DNA of 64,000 nucleotides from Alphaproteobacteria bacterium (GTDB lineage Bacteria; Pseudomonadota; Alphaproteobacteria; RF32; CAG-239): NCBI GenBank assembly GCA_045577985.1, contig JAZNJJ010000003.1, positions 87,192 to 151,191 of the forward strand, read 5' to 3'. Shown piece by piece: positions 53,678 to 64,000 of this stretch (position 1 is its first letter; each line of letters starts with the position of its first letter). The notes under the pieces were generated by a model. It saw only the letters and a program-made list of their open reading frames with translations, ran no database searches and was not told where the DNA came from. The position numbers and the translations under genes were made by a program.

Positions 53678-54238
53678 ATGAAAATTACATTATCAGGTAA
53701 ACAAGTAGACATTAGTGATAGATTACGTAATCGTGTTGAAGAAAATATTGAAAATTCAGTAAATAAATATTTTAATTCTCCAATAAGTTGCAATGTTTAT
53801 TTTTCAAAAGATGGTGAAGACTTCCGTGCTGAAGTAACAGTTCATCCTGCAAAAAATATTGTTCTAAAAGGTACAGGTGTAGCTGGTGATCCTTATTCTG
53901 CTTTTGATAATGCCAACGAGCATATCGCTACTCGTTTACGTCGTCAAAAAACAAAATTAAATGATCATAAAGGAAAAACTGGTATTGTAGAATTAGCTCA
54001 CGAAGCTGTATTTCCTTTAACAGAAACAGAAGATGAAATGGGTATTGATGAAAATGCTCCATTAACAATTGCAGAAACAGATGCCAATATTAAAGTATGT
54101 ACAGTTAGTGAAGCTGTTATGTTTATGGATTTGGAAGATGAATGTGCATTGATGTTCCGTAATAGTGCAAATAATCGAATCAGTATGGTATATCGTCGTA
54201 AAGATGGTAATATTGGTTGGGTTGAACCTGCAGAATAG
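53678..54238 (+). CDS. hpf: Ribosome hibernation promoting factor (long form)
   Basis: MKITLSGKQVDISDRLRNRVEE... N-domain plus a C-terminal dimerisation region. 186 aa. It lies upstream of ptsN. Confidence 0.85.
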   Translation: MKITLSGKQVDISDRLRNRVEENIENSVNKYFNSPISCNVYFSKDGEDFRAEVTVHPAKNIVLKGTGVAGDPYSAFDNANEHIATRLRRQKTKLNDHKGKTGIVELAHEAVFPLTETEDEMGIDENAPLTIAETDANIKVCTVSEAVMFMDLEDECALMFRNSANNRISMVYRRKDGNIGWVEPAE

Positions 54239-54262
54239 TATCAATAATTTAAGGAATAAAAA

Positions 54263-54706
54263 ATGGGTATTTCCGATATATTAACAGAAGAGATGATTTT
54301 GGTGGATGTTGAAGCAGATAATAAACGTCAACTTCTTGAAAAAATTTCCTCTTTTGTTGCAGAAAAAGAAAATCTCGATAAAAATGCTATTTTCGAAGCT
54401 ATTTTGGAAAGAGAAAATCTTGGATCAACAGGTTATGGAAGTGGCGTTGCCTTTCCTCATGCACGAATAAATGGACTGCAGAAAATCATTACTGCTTTCG
54501 CTATGGCAAGTAAAGGCATGGATTTTGATGCCATTGATGGTAAACCGGTTGATCTTATTGCTTTTTTAATTTCACCAGAAAAGAGTGGAGAAGATCATTT
54601 ACAGTCTTTAGCAATTCTATCTCGTGCACTCAAAAATGAAAATGTTTGTAATGAAGTTCGTAATTCACGTACAGCACATGAGATTTATCTAGCGCTAAAT
54701 AAGTAA
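54263..54706 (+). CDS. ptsN: PTS EIIA-Ntr (PtsN)
   Basis: GSTGYGSGVAFPHARI with the phosphorylatable His context. 147 aa. Confidence 0.8.
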   Translation: MGISDILTEEMILVDVEADNKRQLLEKISSFVAEKENLDKNAIFEAILERENLGSTGYGSGVAFPHARINGLQKIITAFAMASKGMDFDAIDGKPVDLIAFLISPEKSGEDHLQSLAILSRALKNENVCNEVRNSRTAHEIYLALNK

Positions 54707-54730
54707 TATATCGCGAAATTTTACATTCTT

Positions 54731-54757
54731 AAAGGAACCAATTTTGGTTCCTTTTTT
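54731..54757 (+). terminator. Rho-independent terminator after ptsN
   Basis: AAAGGAACCA-ATTT-TGGTTCCTTT followed by TTTGTG. Confidence 0.75.
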
Positions 54758-54808
54758 GTGTTAAAAAAAAGATTTATATAAGATTATTATTTACAAGATT
54801 TAAATAAT

Positions 54809-54836
54809 AAAAAGCTCTCTTTAAAAGAGAGCTTTT
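54809..54836 (-). terminator. Rho-independent (bidirectional-type) terminator after gyrB
   Basis: AAAAAGCTCTCT-TTAA-AAGAGAGCTTTTT, lying 19 nt beyond the gyrB stop. Confidence 0.75.
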
Positions 54837-54854
54837 TAAGGGTAATTTAGATAA

Positions 54855-57317
<2,463 letters not shown>

Positions 57318-57470
57318 TTATCATGAGCAAAAATATATAGCAAAACTGAAGATTCAACAAACATAAAATCAAAGTTATGAACGAAAAATTCAAACTATTT
57401 AAAATCACATTACAATAATTTTATTTTTTATATATTACTGCTCAGAATTTATCAGCTAACTATTAAAAGT

Positions 57471-58178
57471 TTATTCTCGTGTATCAAATTTTTCAAATTT
57501 TTCCAAAAGATAATGTTTCAGATTTAAATCTTCAAAAAATTTATTACATTCCTCATAGGTGGTTGTTGTATCCGAAGGAATTGGACGATATTTTTGAATA
57601 TAATATTCTCTAACACCTAAAGATGACAGTTGATCTGCAATTGTATATATATCTTGTATATCTAAAATTCTCGGATCGCAAGTTGTTCTGCATTCAAATT
57701 CTAGTCCGCTATCTAATAATATATTTAAGCTTTCTTTGACTTTATCAGCTTGTCCTATACCGCCGGTTGCAATTGTGTATCTTTCGTTTATTAGAGGAGC
57801 TTTGATATCTAAACCAATCCATTTTACTCTACTTAAAACTTTTTTTAGAGCCTCTGGATTATATCCACCTGTGTGTAGTCCAACAGTAAATCCTAAATCA
57901 ATAACCTTATCCATTGCAAAAGGTAGATTCGTTTGCATTAAAGGTTCTCCTCCGCTAAATACTACAGCATCAAGAATTCCTATTCTGTGTTCCAGTAGGT
58001 TTATTAGATTCTCCCAATTAGCAACACTATCTCCTTTTGTGCTTTGAAGAGATTGATTATAGCAAAAAGGACAACGCCATGGACAGCCCTGCATAAATAC
58101 AACAGCTGCTATCTTATTAGGAAAATCGACGATACTGAATTTTTCAATATCGCCGATTTTGATTAAGTCTTTATCCAT
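57471..58178 (-). CDS. nrdG: Anaerobic ribonucleotide reductase activating enzyme (radical SAM)
   Basis: The CX3CX2C cluster is in GCPWRCPFCYN. It lies downstream of nrdD. Confidence 0.85.
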   Translation of the reverse strand: MDKDLIKIGDIEKFSIVDFPNKIAAVVFMQGCPWRCPFCYNQSLQSTKGDSVANWENLINLLEHRIGILDAVVFSGGEPLMQTNLPFAMDKVIDLGFTVGLHTGGYNPEALKKVLSRVKWIGLDIKAPLINERYTIATGGIGQADKVKESLNILLDSGLEFECRTTCDPRILDIQDIYTIADQLSSLGVREYYIQKYRPIPSDTTTTYEECNKFFEDLNLKHYLLEKFEKFDTRE

Positions 58179-58184
58179 AAAGAT

Positions 58185-58400
58185 CTATTCCGCAGCTGCA
58201 AAAGCGCAAGCGCAATCGTTATCTAAGTGCATAATTACTTTTTCTTCACAGAAACATTTACGAGTATAATACTCTGATTTTTTACCTTTGTTGAATTCAG
58301 AAACTGGACGGTGATAGCCCATAACTCTAGTCCAAATTTCACAAGGTTGTCTCTCTGCATCTGTTAATTTGATTGCATCGAAATTTATAGTGTTGTTCAT
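58185..58400 (-). CDS. Stand-alone glycyl-radical segment of class III RNR (71 aa)
   Basis: CEIWTRVMGYHRPVSEFNKGKKSEYYTRK matches the NrdD C-terminal R-V-x-G-Y...R-P...N-x-G-K glycyl-radical pattern. It has its own RBS (AGGAG, 9 nt before the ATG). It lies 35 nt after the nrdD stop and in a different frame. Confidence 0.6.
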   Translation of the reverse strand: MNNTINFDAIKLTDAERQPCEIWTRVMGYHRPVSEFNKGKKSEYYTRKCFCEEKVIMHLDNDCACAFAAAE

Positions 58401-58435
58401 ATTTTTAATCTCCTATAATTAAATGTTTCTGACTT

Positions 58436-60538
58436 TTAAGCAACGTTATTTGCTTTTTTTAGGGCTTTTAATTTTTCAGCTTTCTTTTCTTCATCACAAA
58501 TTGGGCAGAACTTATGTTCTCCAGAAAGATACCCGTGTTTAGGACAAATTGAGAAAGTTGGTGTAATTGTTATGTACGGTAAACGATAATTTGTTAATAC
58601 CTTCTTTATGAGTTCTCCGCATACTTTTGGAGAAGAAATTCTTTGACTCATATAAAGGTGTAAAACAGTACCGCCAGTATATTTTGATTGCAATGTAGAC
58701 TGCAAATCTAATGCTTCAAATGGATCGTCTGTATAACCTACCGGAATTTGAGAAGAGTTTGTATAGTATGGATCTTCTTTTGTTCCTGCTTGTATAATTC
58801 CAGGGAAGCGCTTTTTGTCTTCACGAGCAAAACGATATGTCGCACTCTCTGCAGGAGTTGCTTCTAAGTTATACATATGTCCTGTCTCTTCTTGAATTTT
58901 AACTAAACCAGCACGAATATAGTCAAGGAATCTTTCTGCGAATTCTTTACCCCATTCATCAGTAATGCTGTGCTCATCATTGGTAAAGTTTCTAATCATT
59001 TCATTGATGCCGTTTACACCGATCGTTGAAAAGTGATTGCGTAAAGTTCCTAAATAACGTTTTGTATAAGGATATAAACCATTATCTATTAAACGTTGTA
59101 TAACTTTTCTTTTTATTTCTAGAGAAGTACGTGCGATATTCATCAATTCATCTATACGAGCAAACAATGCGTGTTCATTACCCTTAAACATATAACCTAA
59201 ACGAGCACAGTTAAAGGTAACAACGCCAATGGAACCTGTTTGTTCAGCAGAACCGAATAAGCCATTTCCTTTTGCTAATAGTTCGCGAAGATCTAGCTGT
59301 AAACGACAGCACATAGAACGTATCTGACCTGGTTTTAATACTGAATTAATGAAATTTTGGAAATATGGCATTCCATATTTAGCAGTCATCTCAAATAATA
59401 ACTGAGATTTTTCATCGTCCCATGGAAAATCAGGAGTCATATTGTATGTTGGAATAGGGAATGTAAATGGTCGACCTAAAACATCACCTGACATCATTAC
59501 TTCGATATAAGCCTTATTGATCATGTCCATTTCTTTTTGTAATTCACCATAAGTAAATGGCATTTCTTCTTGCCCTTCAATAATTGGCATAAAGTTTTCA
59601 TCGTGACCAGCGATATAACCACCAATATATGGATGTTGATCTCTCAAGTCTTCAGGACAAACCCAGTCAAATGTAAAGTTTGTAAATGGAGTTTGAGATC
59701 CCCAACGTGAAGGTACATTTAAGTTATAAACTAATTCTTGGATAGATTGCTTTACTTGACTGTAAGACAAATTATCTTTTCTTACATAAGGAGCTAAATA
59801 TGTATCTACTGAAGAAAATGCTTGTGCTCCAGCCCACTCATTTTGAAGTGTTCCCATGAAGTTAACCATTTGCCCTACAGCAGAAGATAGGTGTTTAGGA
59901 GGATTCGCTTCTGATTTTCCTCTTACACCATTAAAACCTTCTTTTAATAGATTTTTCAAAGACCATCCAGCGCAATATGCGGCTAACATGTCTAAATCAT
60001 GAATATGTACATCACCACTACGATGAGCTTCCCCAACTTCTGCCGGATAAACGTGACTTAACCAGTAATTAGCTGTTACTTTTCCAGATACATTCAAAAT
60101 TAAGCCACCGTTGGAATATCCTTGATTCGCATTTGCATTTACGCGCCAATCAAGCTTTTCTAAATATTCATTTATAGAACTTTCAACATCAACCATAACC
60201 TTATGATCATTACGCATACGATTACGCTTATCTCTATACAAAATATAAGCTTTTGCTGTTGAAAAATAATTTGCAGAAATTAAAACTTGTTCAACAATAT
60301 CTTGAATGTGTTCAATTGTTGGTAATGTTTCTGTAAATTTATGATTTATAACTTTCATCACTTGAGCAGTTAAAAGCCAAGCATCAGATTCATCAAATTC
60401 TCCTGTTGTCTGTCCAGCCTTTAATATTGCATTATAAATTTTGCTATCGTCAAATGGCGCTAAAGTGCCATCTCTCTTTGTAACGTTTTCTACTTTGGAT
60501 TCTATATTGCTTAATTTTGGATTTTGCTCGATGGCCAT
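58436..60538 (-). CDS. nrdD: Anaerobic ribonucleoside-triphosphate reductase, catalytic core (lacks the glycyl-radical loop)
   Basis: N-terminal ATP-cone (VTKRDGTLAPFDDSKIYNAI), active-site SMCCRLQLD, and a C-terminal Zn-knuckle region ICPKHGYLSGEHKFCPICD. The ORF then ends in a Lys-rich tail. Confidence 0.9.
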   Translation of the reverse strand: MAIEQNPKLSNIESKVENVTKRDGTLAPFDDSKIYNAILKAGQTTGEFDESDAWLLTAQVMKVINHKFTETLPTIEHIQDIVEQVLISANYFSTAKAYILYRDKRNRMRNDHKVMVDVESSINEYLEKLDWRVNANANQGYSNGGLILNVSGKVTANYWLSHVYPAEVGEAHRSGDVHIHDLDMLAAYCAGWSLKNLLKEGFNGVRGKSEANPPKHLSSAVGQMVNFMGTLQNEWAGAQAFSSVDTYLAPYVRKDNLSYSQVKQSIQELVYNLNVPSRWGSQTPFTNFTFDWVCPEDLRDQHPYIGGYIAGHDENFMPIIEGQEEMPFTYGELQKEMDMINKAYIEVMMSGDVLGRPFTFPIPTYNMTPDFPWDDEKSQLLFEMTAKYGMPYFQNFINSVLKPGQIRSMCCRLQLDLRELLAKGNGLFGSAEQTGSIGVVTFNCARLGYMFKGNEHALFARIDELMNIARTSLEIKRKVIQRLIDNGLYPYTKRYLGTLRNHFSTIGVNGINEMIRNFTNDEHSITDEWGKEFAERFLDYIRAGLVKIQEETGHMYNLEATPAESATYRFAREDKKRFPGIIQAGTKEDPYYTNSSQIPVGYTDDPFEALDLQSTLQSKYTGGTVLHLYMSQRISSPKVCGELIKKVLTNYRLPYITITPTFSICPKHGYLSGEHKFCPICDEEKKAEKLKALKKANNVA

Positions 60539-60582
60539 TTCTCTATTTCTCCCAAATTCATTGTTTTATATTTTCTGAATAT

Positions 60583-60628
60583 ATACAATATATAGTATGA
60601 ATAAAAAGTAAATAACAATATATTGTGT
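60583..60628 (-). promoter_or_regulatory. Two candidate NrdR boxes upstream of nrdD
   Basis: ATACAATATATAGTAT (60583..60598) and TAACAATATATTGTGT (60613..60628). Each matches 14/16 of the NrdR-box palindrome acaCwAtATaTwGtgt. Their centres are 30 bp apart, and they lie 45-90 nt upstream of the nrdD ATG. Confidence 0.45.
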
Positions 60629-60961
60629 ATACCCAAAAATTTATATACAAGAGTCACTGCTCTTTTATAACTAAACACATTGTGTGAAATAACTGATGTT
60701 GCAACAAGCAAAAAATTTTTCAAAATAGTTGATAACTAATCTAACATATTATTATTACTATATAAAAAATTTTTTTATAGGTGGATAAAGTTATTAATAA
60801 AATAAAAGAGATTGATATATATTTCTTACTACATGAAAACATTGTGTTGTATGTAACATACTGATAATAGAATATTTAAAATAGAAAAAGGTATGTATAT
60901 TTGTTATATACTTCTTATAATTTAGTTTTAAATGGTATTTTTCTTAATTTTTCCGATTCTC

Positions 60962-60994
60962 AAAAAAAAGAGTCTGTTTATTTAAAACAGACTC
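60962..60994 (-). terminator. Rho-independent terminator after the TolC-like gene
   Basis: On the minus strand, GAGTCTGTT-TTAAATA-AACAGACTC is followed by T8. Confidence 0.75.
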
Positions 60995-61014
60995 CGTAGA
61001 TTGTTTTTTTCAAA

Positions 61015-62901
61015 TTATTTGCTAGGAGCAAAAACTTGAACGTCATCAAGAGTTTCATCAGAACATTGATTTCCAGAACAACGCTTCATAACTGTAGCTT
61101 TTCTTGTTTTATTCAAGCCTCTAACTCTAATTGAAGGTACATATACTTCAATAATAGTTAATTTGAATGTTAAGTAAGCAATGTTATTATCATCATCCAT
61201 AGCGTAAATCTTGATATTATATTCTCCACCATCTTTTGGCATTGCTATTCCTGTAAATGTTCTATTTATAGGATTGTATTTTAACCATTTTGGTAAAGGA
61301 GTATCATCAATCAATCCAGCTTTTGTTGTGAATTCACCTTGTTTCCATCCCATCTTTTCAAATACATCTAGAGGTATCTCTATTTTGATTTTTTCACCAG
61401 TTTCAAAAGATACATCTGGTAGCAATTTTTCAGATGATAAATTAACAGGAGGTCTACGACTAGGAATATCCATTAAATAAGGTCTATTATCTGGAATGAA
61501 TTCACCTTTTCGCCATTTTTCCAAATTTTCTCTTAAAGCTAAAGCAATTTTTGCAGGTGATTCGTTTAGCATATAATAAGGTACTGCATCTAAACCGATA
61601 GTAGCATATAATGATCCTAAGGCATCTTGTAAATCAACATAAGCTAATGATGCTTTTGTTTCATCCGCAATAGCTCTGGATGCTTCTATTTGACTACTTT
61701 CAGCTTGACTACCGTCAGTAGTTGTTACGTCTTCGGCAATATTTTCTGAAGTACCTGCAATTTCCATAGCAATTTGATAATCTTCGGTAGATGATATATA
61801 TCTAGCCCAAGCAATATATACTTGATTCAAAATCAATGAAGTCATACGTTGACGACGAAGAGTTGTCATTGTTTTTTCATTAAATCCTGATCTTGTATCT
61901 TCATAAACAAGCATTGTCGCTTCTTTGGCTTCATTGCACCATTTTTGATTATATGTGTTAGGATTATTTTTATATCCTGTTCCCATATCTTCACGGAAGT
62001 TGCTTATAATTATTTCTAAATCATCAGAATTCGTCAATAAATCATGTACTTTTAATTCTGGTCGATTCGTTAGAGCTAACCATTCTAATCTTGATAAATT
62101 AGATTTTATTTCCGGTAGAGCAAAATTACCATACTCCTTACCAACTAGTGTAAACTTGGTAGAAGGATGTAACCCCATCAAAGAAGCTAAACGTTCATGA
62201 GCAGTTTCCATATCACGTTTCAAATCAGAAAGTTTTTTTACAGCTTCCATATATTCGCGCTTTTTCATTAATTCATCAGTAGATAAATTTTTTCCTTCTT
62301 TTGCAAGTTCCTTAGCTTTAACATTCATTTCATCGACATCTAAAGTGATGTGTTCTATTGTTTCATCAATAACCGGAATTAAACGTTGAGCTGTCAGAGC
62401 TTTCCAATAAAGGATTCTAGCTTCTTGTAAGATATTATGTATAACTTTTCTGCTTTGTTCTATAGCAACATTTTGTTTGAAGCTTGGATCTGCATTCATA
62501 TAATATAATGTAGAAATATCCAAAATATTCCAAGCAACTTTCAAATCTGGGCTAGTATGTTCATTATTATTTGTATTCATGTAGCCAGCATTTGTAGCAA
62601 TTTCAGGCAATTGCGAATAAGTCGATTTTCCTGCTTTTAATAAGCTTTCTTGATATCTCATCATTCTGCCCGTAAAATTATATTTTAAGGCCAAAGCCAT
62701 AGACATATACATATCTAAAGGTTTTTCAATTTTAATAGGTGTATTGGCATACATATTTTGCATATCAACATCATAGCGAATAGCTCTATCCCAATCAGTA
62801 TAGTATGCAGCATCTGGACCATTCTGATGTTGCGCTTCATTGTTCTTAGAACAAGAAACAATAGTCAATAAACCAAACACTAAACAAAGCAAATTTTTCA
62901 T
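61015..62901 (-). CDS. TolC-like outer-membrane-factor lipoprotein fused to a C-terminal cadherin-like (He_PIG/dystroglycan-type) domain
   Basis: The start at 62901 gives MKNLLCLVFGLLTIVSC with a lipobox. Two OEP-like helical repeats are present (ALALKYNF..., LEWLALTNRPELKV..., ASLAYVDLQDALGSLYATIG). The C-terminus is PLPKWLKYNPINRTFTGIAMPKDGGEYNIKIYAMDDDNNIAYLTFKLTI. Confidence 0.5.
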   Translation of the reverse strand: MKNLLCLVFGLLTIVSCSKNNEAQHQNGPDAAYYTDWDRAIRYDVDMQNMYANTPIKIEKPLDMYMSMALALKYNFTGRMMRYQESLLKAGKSTYSQLPEIATNAGYMNTNNNEHTSPDLKVAWNILDISTLYYMNADPSFKQNVAIEQSRKVIHNILQEARILYWKALTAQRLIPVIDETIEHITLDVDEMNVKAKELAKEGKNLSTDELMKKREYMEAVKKLSDLKRDMETAHERLASLMGLHPSTKFTLVGKEYGNFALPEIKSNLSRLEWLALTNRPELKVHDLLTNSDDLEIIISNFREDMGTGYKNNPNTYNQKWCNEAKEATMLVYEDTRSGFNEKTMTTLRRQRMTSLILNQVYIAWARYISSTEDYQIAMEIAGTSENIAEDVTTTDGSQAESSQIEASRAIADETKASLAYVDLQDALGSLYATIGLDAVPYYMLNESPAKIALALRENLEKWRKGEFIPDNRPYLMDIPSRRPPVNLSSEKLLPDVSFETGEKIKIEIPLDVFEKMGWKQGEFTTKAGLIDDTPLPKWLKYNPINRTFTGIAMPKDGGEYNIKIYAMDDDNNIAYLTFKLTIIEVYVPSIRVRGLNKTRKATVMKRCSGNQCSDETLDDVQVFAPSK

Positions 62902-63021
62902 GGTTATATCCTTAATACTTGTCAATAATCTAAAGTAATAATAATCGCTAAAAATTAACATTTTATTACACTTTTAGGTATAATATATACAGTAAGTGTA
63001 AAATTGAGGTTAAAATTTACG

Positions 63022-63798
63022 ATGGTTTCAATATTAGGTACATTATTTAAATATAAAGAAAAGGAATCTCCGGATGTCTTAGGATATTTTCCTGAGCGTA
63101 TTCACGTCGATGCCTTTCCTGAGCGTAGATATTTATGGACATCACGTTTTCTTGTTATTGCAACATGTCTAAGTATTTGCTTAAATATGATTATTTCTAG
63201 TATTATTTACATGATATTGCCGGAGCAACATGTGGAACCTCGTTTATTTCGTATTAACAAGGATTCTCAACAGCTGGAATTAATAGAACGGGATGAAAGA
63301 TATTATTTTGCCAGTGACTTAATTGCCGAACAATATATAAGAGATTATATTTTATTACGCTACACTGTAACAGATGATTATGCAGAACTGAAAGATAGAT
63401 GGCGGGTTAATTCAATTTTATATTGGTATTCAACTAATGCTATTTTTAATGAATTTTTAGCTAAAGAGGTAGAAGCTGTTGATGAGCAATTTAAAACAAT
63501 TGGTTTACAACGATATGTAGAGATTGATTGGACTAAACATATTTCACGCTCAATGTGGATGGTTCAGTTTAAAACATATGATATTACCAGAGATAATCCT
63601 CGTCCTAAGGTTGATTTATGGAGAGCAACTTTAAGAGTTGGTTATGATGGTGGGTTACGTTTTCGTCGACCAGAGGATAGAATATTAAATCCATATGGTT
63701 TCTTGGTATATAGTTATACATTATCATATCAGGGAGACTATCGTCGTGGACAAGATGAAGTGGATGCAAACATTAAATATAACATGATGATGTATTAA
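63022..63798 (+). CDS. virB8: VirB8-family protein, orphan third copy
   Basis: RRYLWTSRFLVIATCLSICLNMIISSIIYMIL (TM), VEPRLF, YIRDYILLRYTVTDDYAELKDRW, and NPYGFLVYSYTLS. It aligns by eye with copies a and b. The start could be the ATG at 63022 or the TTG at 63004. Confidence 0.7.
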   Translation: MVSILGTLFKYKEKESPDVLGYFPERIHVDAFPERRYLWTSRFLVIATCLSICLNMIISSIIYMILPEQHVEPRLFRINKDSQQLELIERDERYYFASDLIAEQYIRDYILLRYTVTDDYAELKDRWRVNSILYWYSTNAIFNEFLAKEVEAVDEQFKTIGLQRYVEIDWTKHISRSMWMVQFKTYDITRDNPRPKVDLWRATLRVGYDGGLRFRRPEDRILNPYGFLVYSYTLSYQGDYRRGQDEVDANIKYNMMMY

Positions 63799-63799
63799 A

Positions 63800-64000
63800 A
63801 TGAAAAAATATTTATTGATATTAATAATGACTTTAGGGGCTTGTTCTCTTACGAATAATTCTTCAGATTTTGAATACAAAGAAATAAAAACTTCAAAATT
63901 TAAAATAGCTTCATGGCAAAAAATTTCAGATGAATATTCTCCATTTAAAGTATATATAGAAGGAGATGGTCATGTTTTTTATCCTTCTGGAATAATTAGT
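63800..64000 (+). CDS. Lipoprotein, 5' partial (runs off the window)
   Basis: MKKYLLILIMTLGACS with a lipobox. The start lies 1 nt after the virB8 stop. The KVYIEGDGH motif recalls the N-terminus of some proteobacterial alpha/beta-hydrolase-fold lipoproteins, but that is not verifiable here. Confidence 0.4.
   Translation, partial: MKKYLLILIMTLGACSLTNNSSDFEYKEIKTSKFKIASWQKISDEYSPFKVYIEGDGHVFYPSGIIS

Noticed and set aside
53536-53793. Minus-strand 85-aa ORF spanning the lptB-hpf intergenic region, considered as a possible rpoN remnant or small membrane protein.
   Set aside because: It overlaps the 5' end of hpf and the 3' end of lptB antisense, has no similarity to sigma-54 motifs, and looks like low-complexity AT-driven sequence.
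60660-60700. ACACATTGTGTGAAATAACTGATGTTGCAACA upstream of nrdD, considered as an FNR/CRP-type site for anaerobic control.
   Set aside because: It does not match TTGAT-N4-ATCAA or TGTGA-N6-TCACA beyond one half-site.
60539-61014. A 476-bp AT-rich intergenic region with a DnaA-box-like TTATCCACC (complement of 60781..60789), raising the possibility of a replication origin. The rpmH-rnpA-yidC cluster is also in the window.
   Set aside because: There is only a single near-consensus box, with no dnaA, no box cluster and no recognisable DUE repeats. Alphaproteobacterial origins are usually not at rpmH. The evidence is insufficient.

Overview
This is an AT-rich bacterial chromosome segment (judged by eye, not computed). 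All identifications come from reading motifs and gene order, since no database search was possible. Gene content and synteny look like a reduced alphaproteobacterium of the Rickettsiales/Holosporales kind. About 60% of the window (1468..40975) is one secretion and pilus super-locus. On the minus strand is a type IVb pilus operon whose gene order matches the R64 thin-pilus pilL-N-O-P-Q-R-S set, with a convergent PilT-like ATPase next to it. Diverging from the same 354-bp control region is a roughly 28-kb plus-strand VirB-type type IV secretion array. That array carries four VirB2 pilin paralogues (two of them in a recent tandem duplication), VirB3, VirB4, six Sec-signal coiled-coil or Cys-rich proteins of unknown family, VirB8, a VirB7-like lipoprotein, a second VirB8, a VirB9 with a SPOR-like tail, a 1476-aa repeat protein, a 1390-aa VirB10 with the same kind of repeat, and VirB11. 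I could find no VirB6, VirB1, VirD4, relaxase, integrase, tRNA or transposase, and the locus abuts core genes directly. The rest of the window is housekeeping: engB-yidC-yidD-rnpA-rpmH, a BI-1 family protein, mrp, hflKC-degP-holC, kdsD-lptC/A-lptB-hpf-ptsN (with no rpoN), gyrB, and nrdD-nrdG in which the glycyl-radical segment is a separate small ORF. At the right edge lie a TolC-like lipoprotein fused to a cadherin-like domain and a third, orphan virB8. No rRNA, tRNA or CRISPR array was seen.
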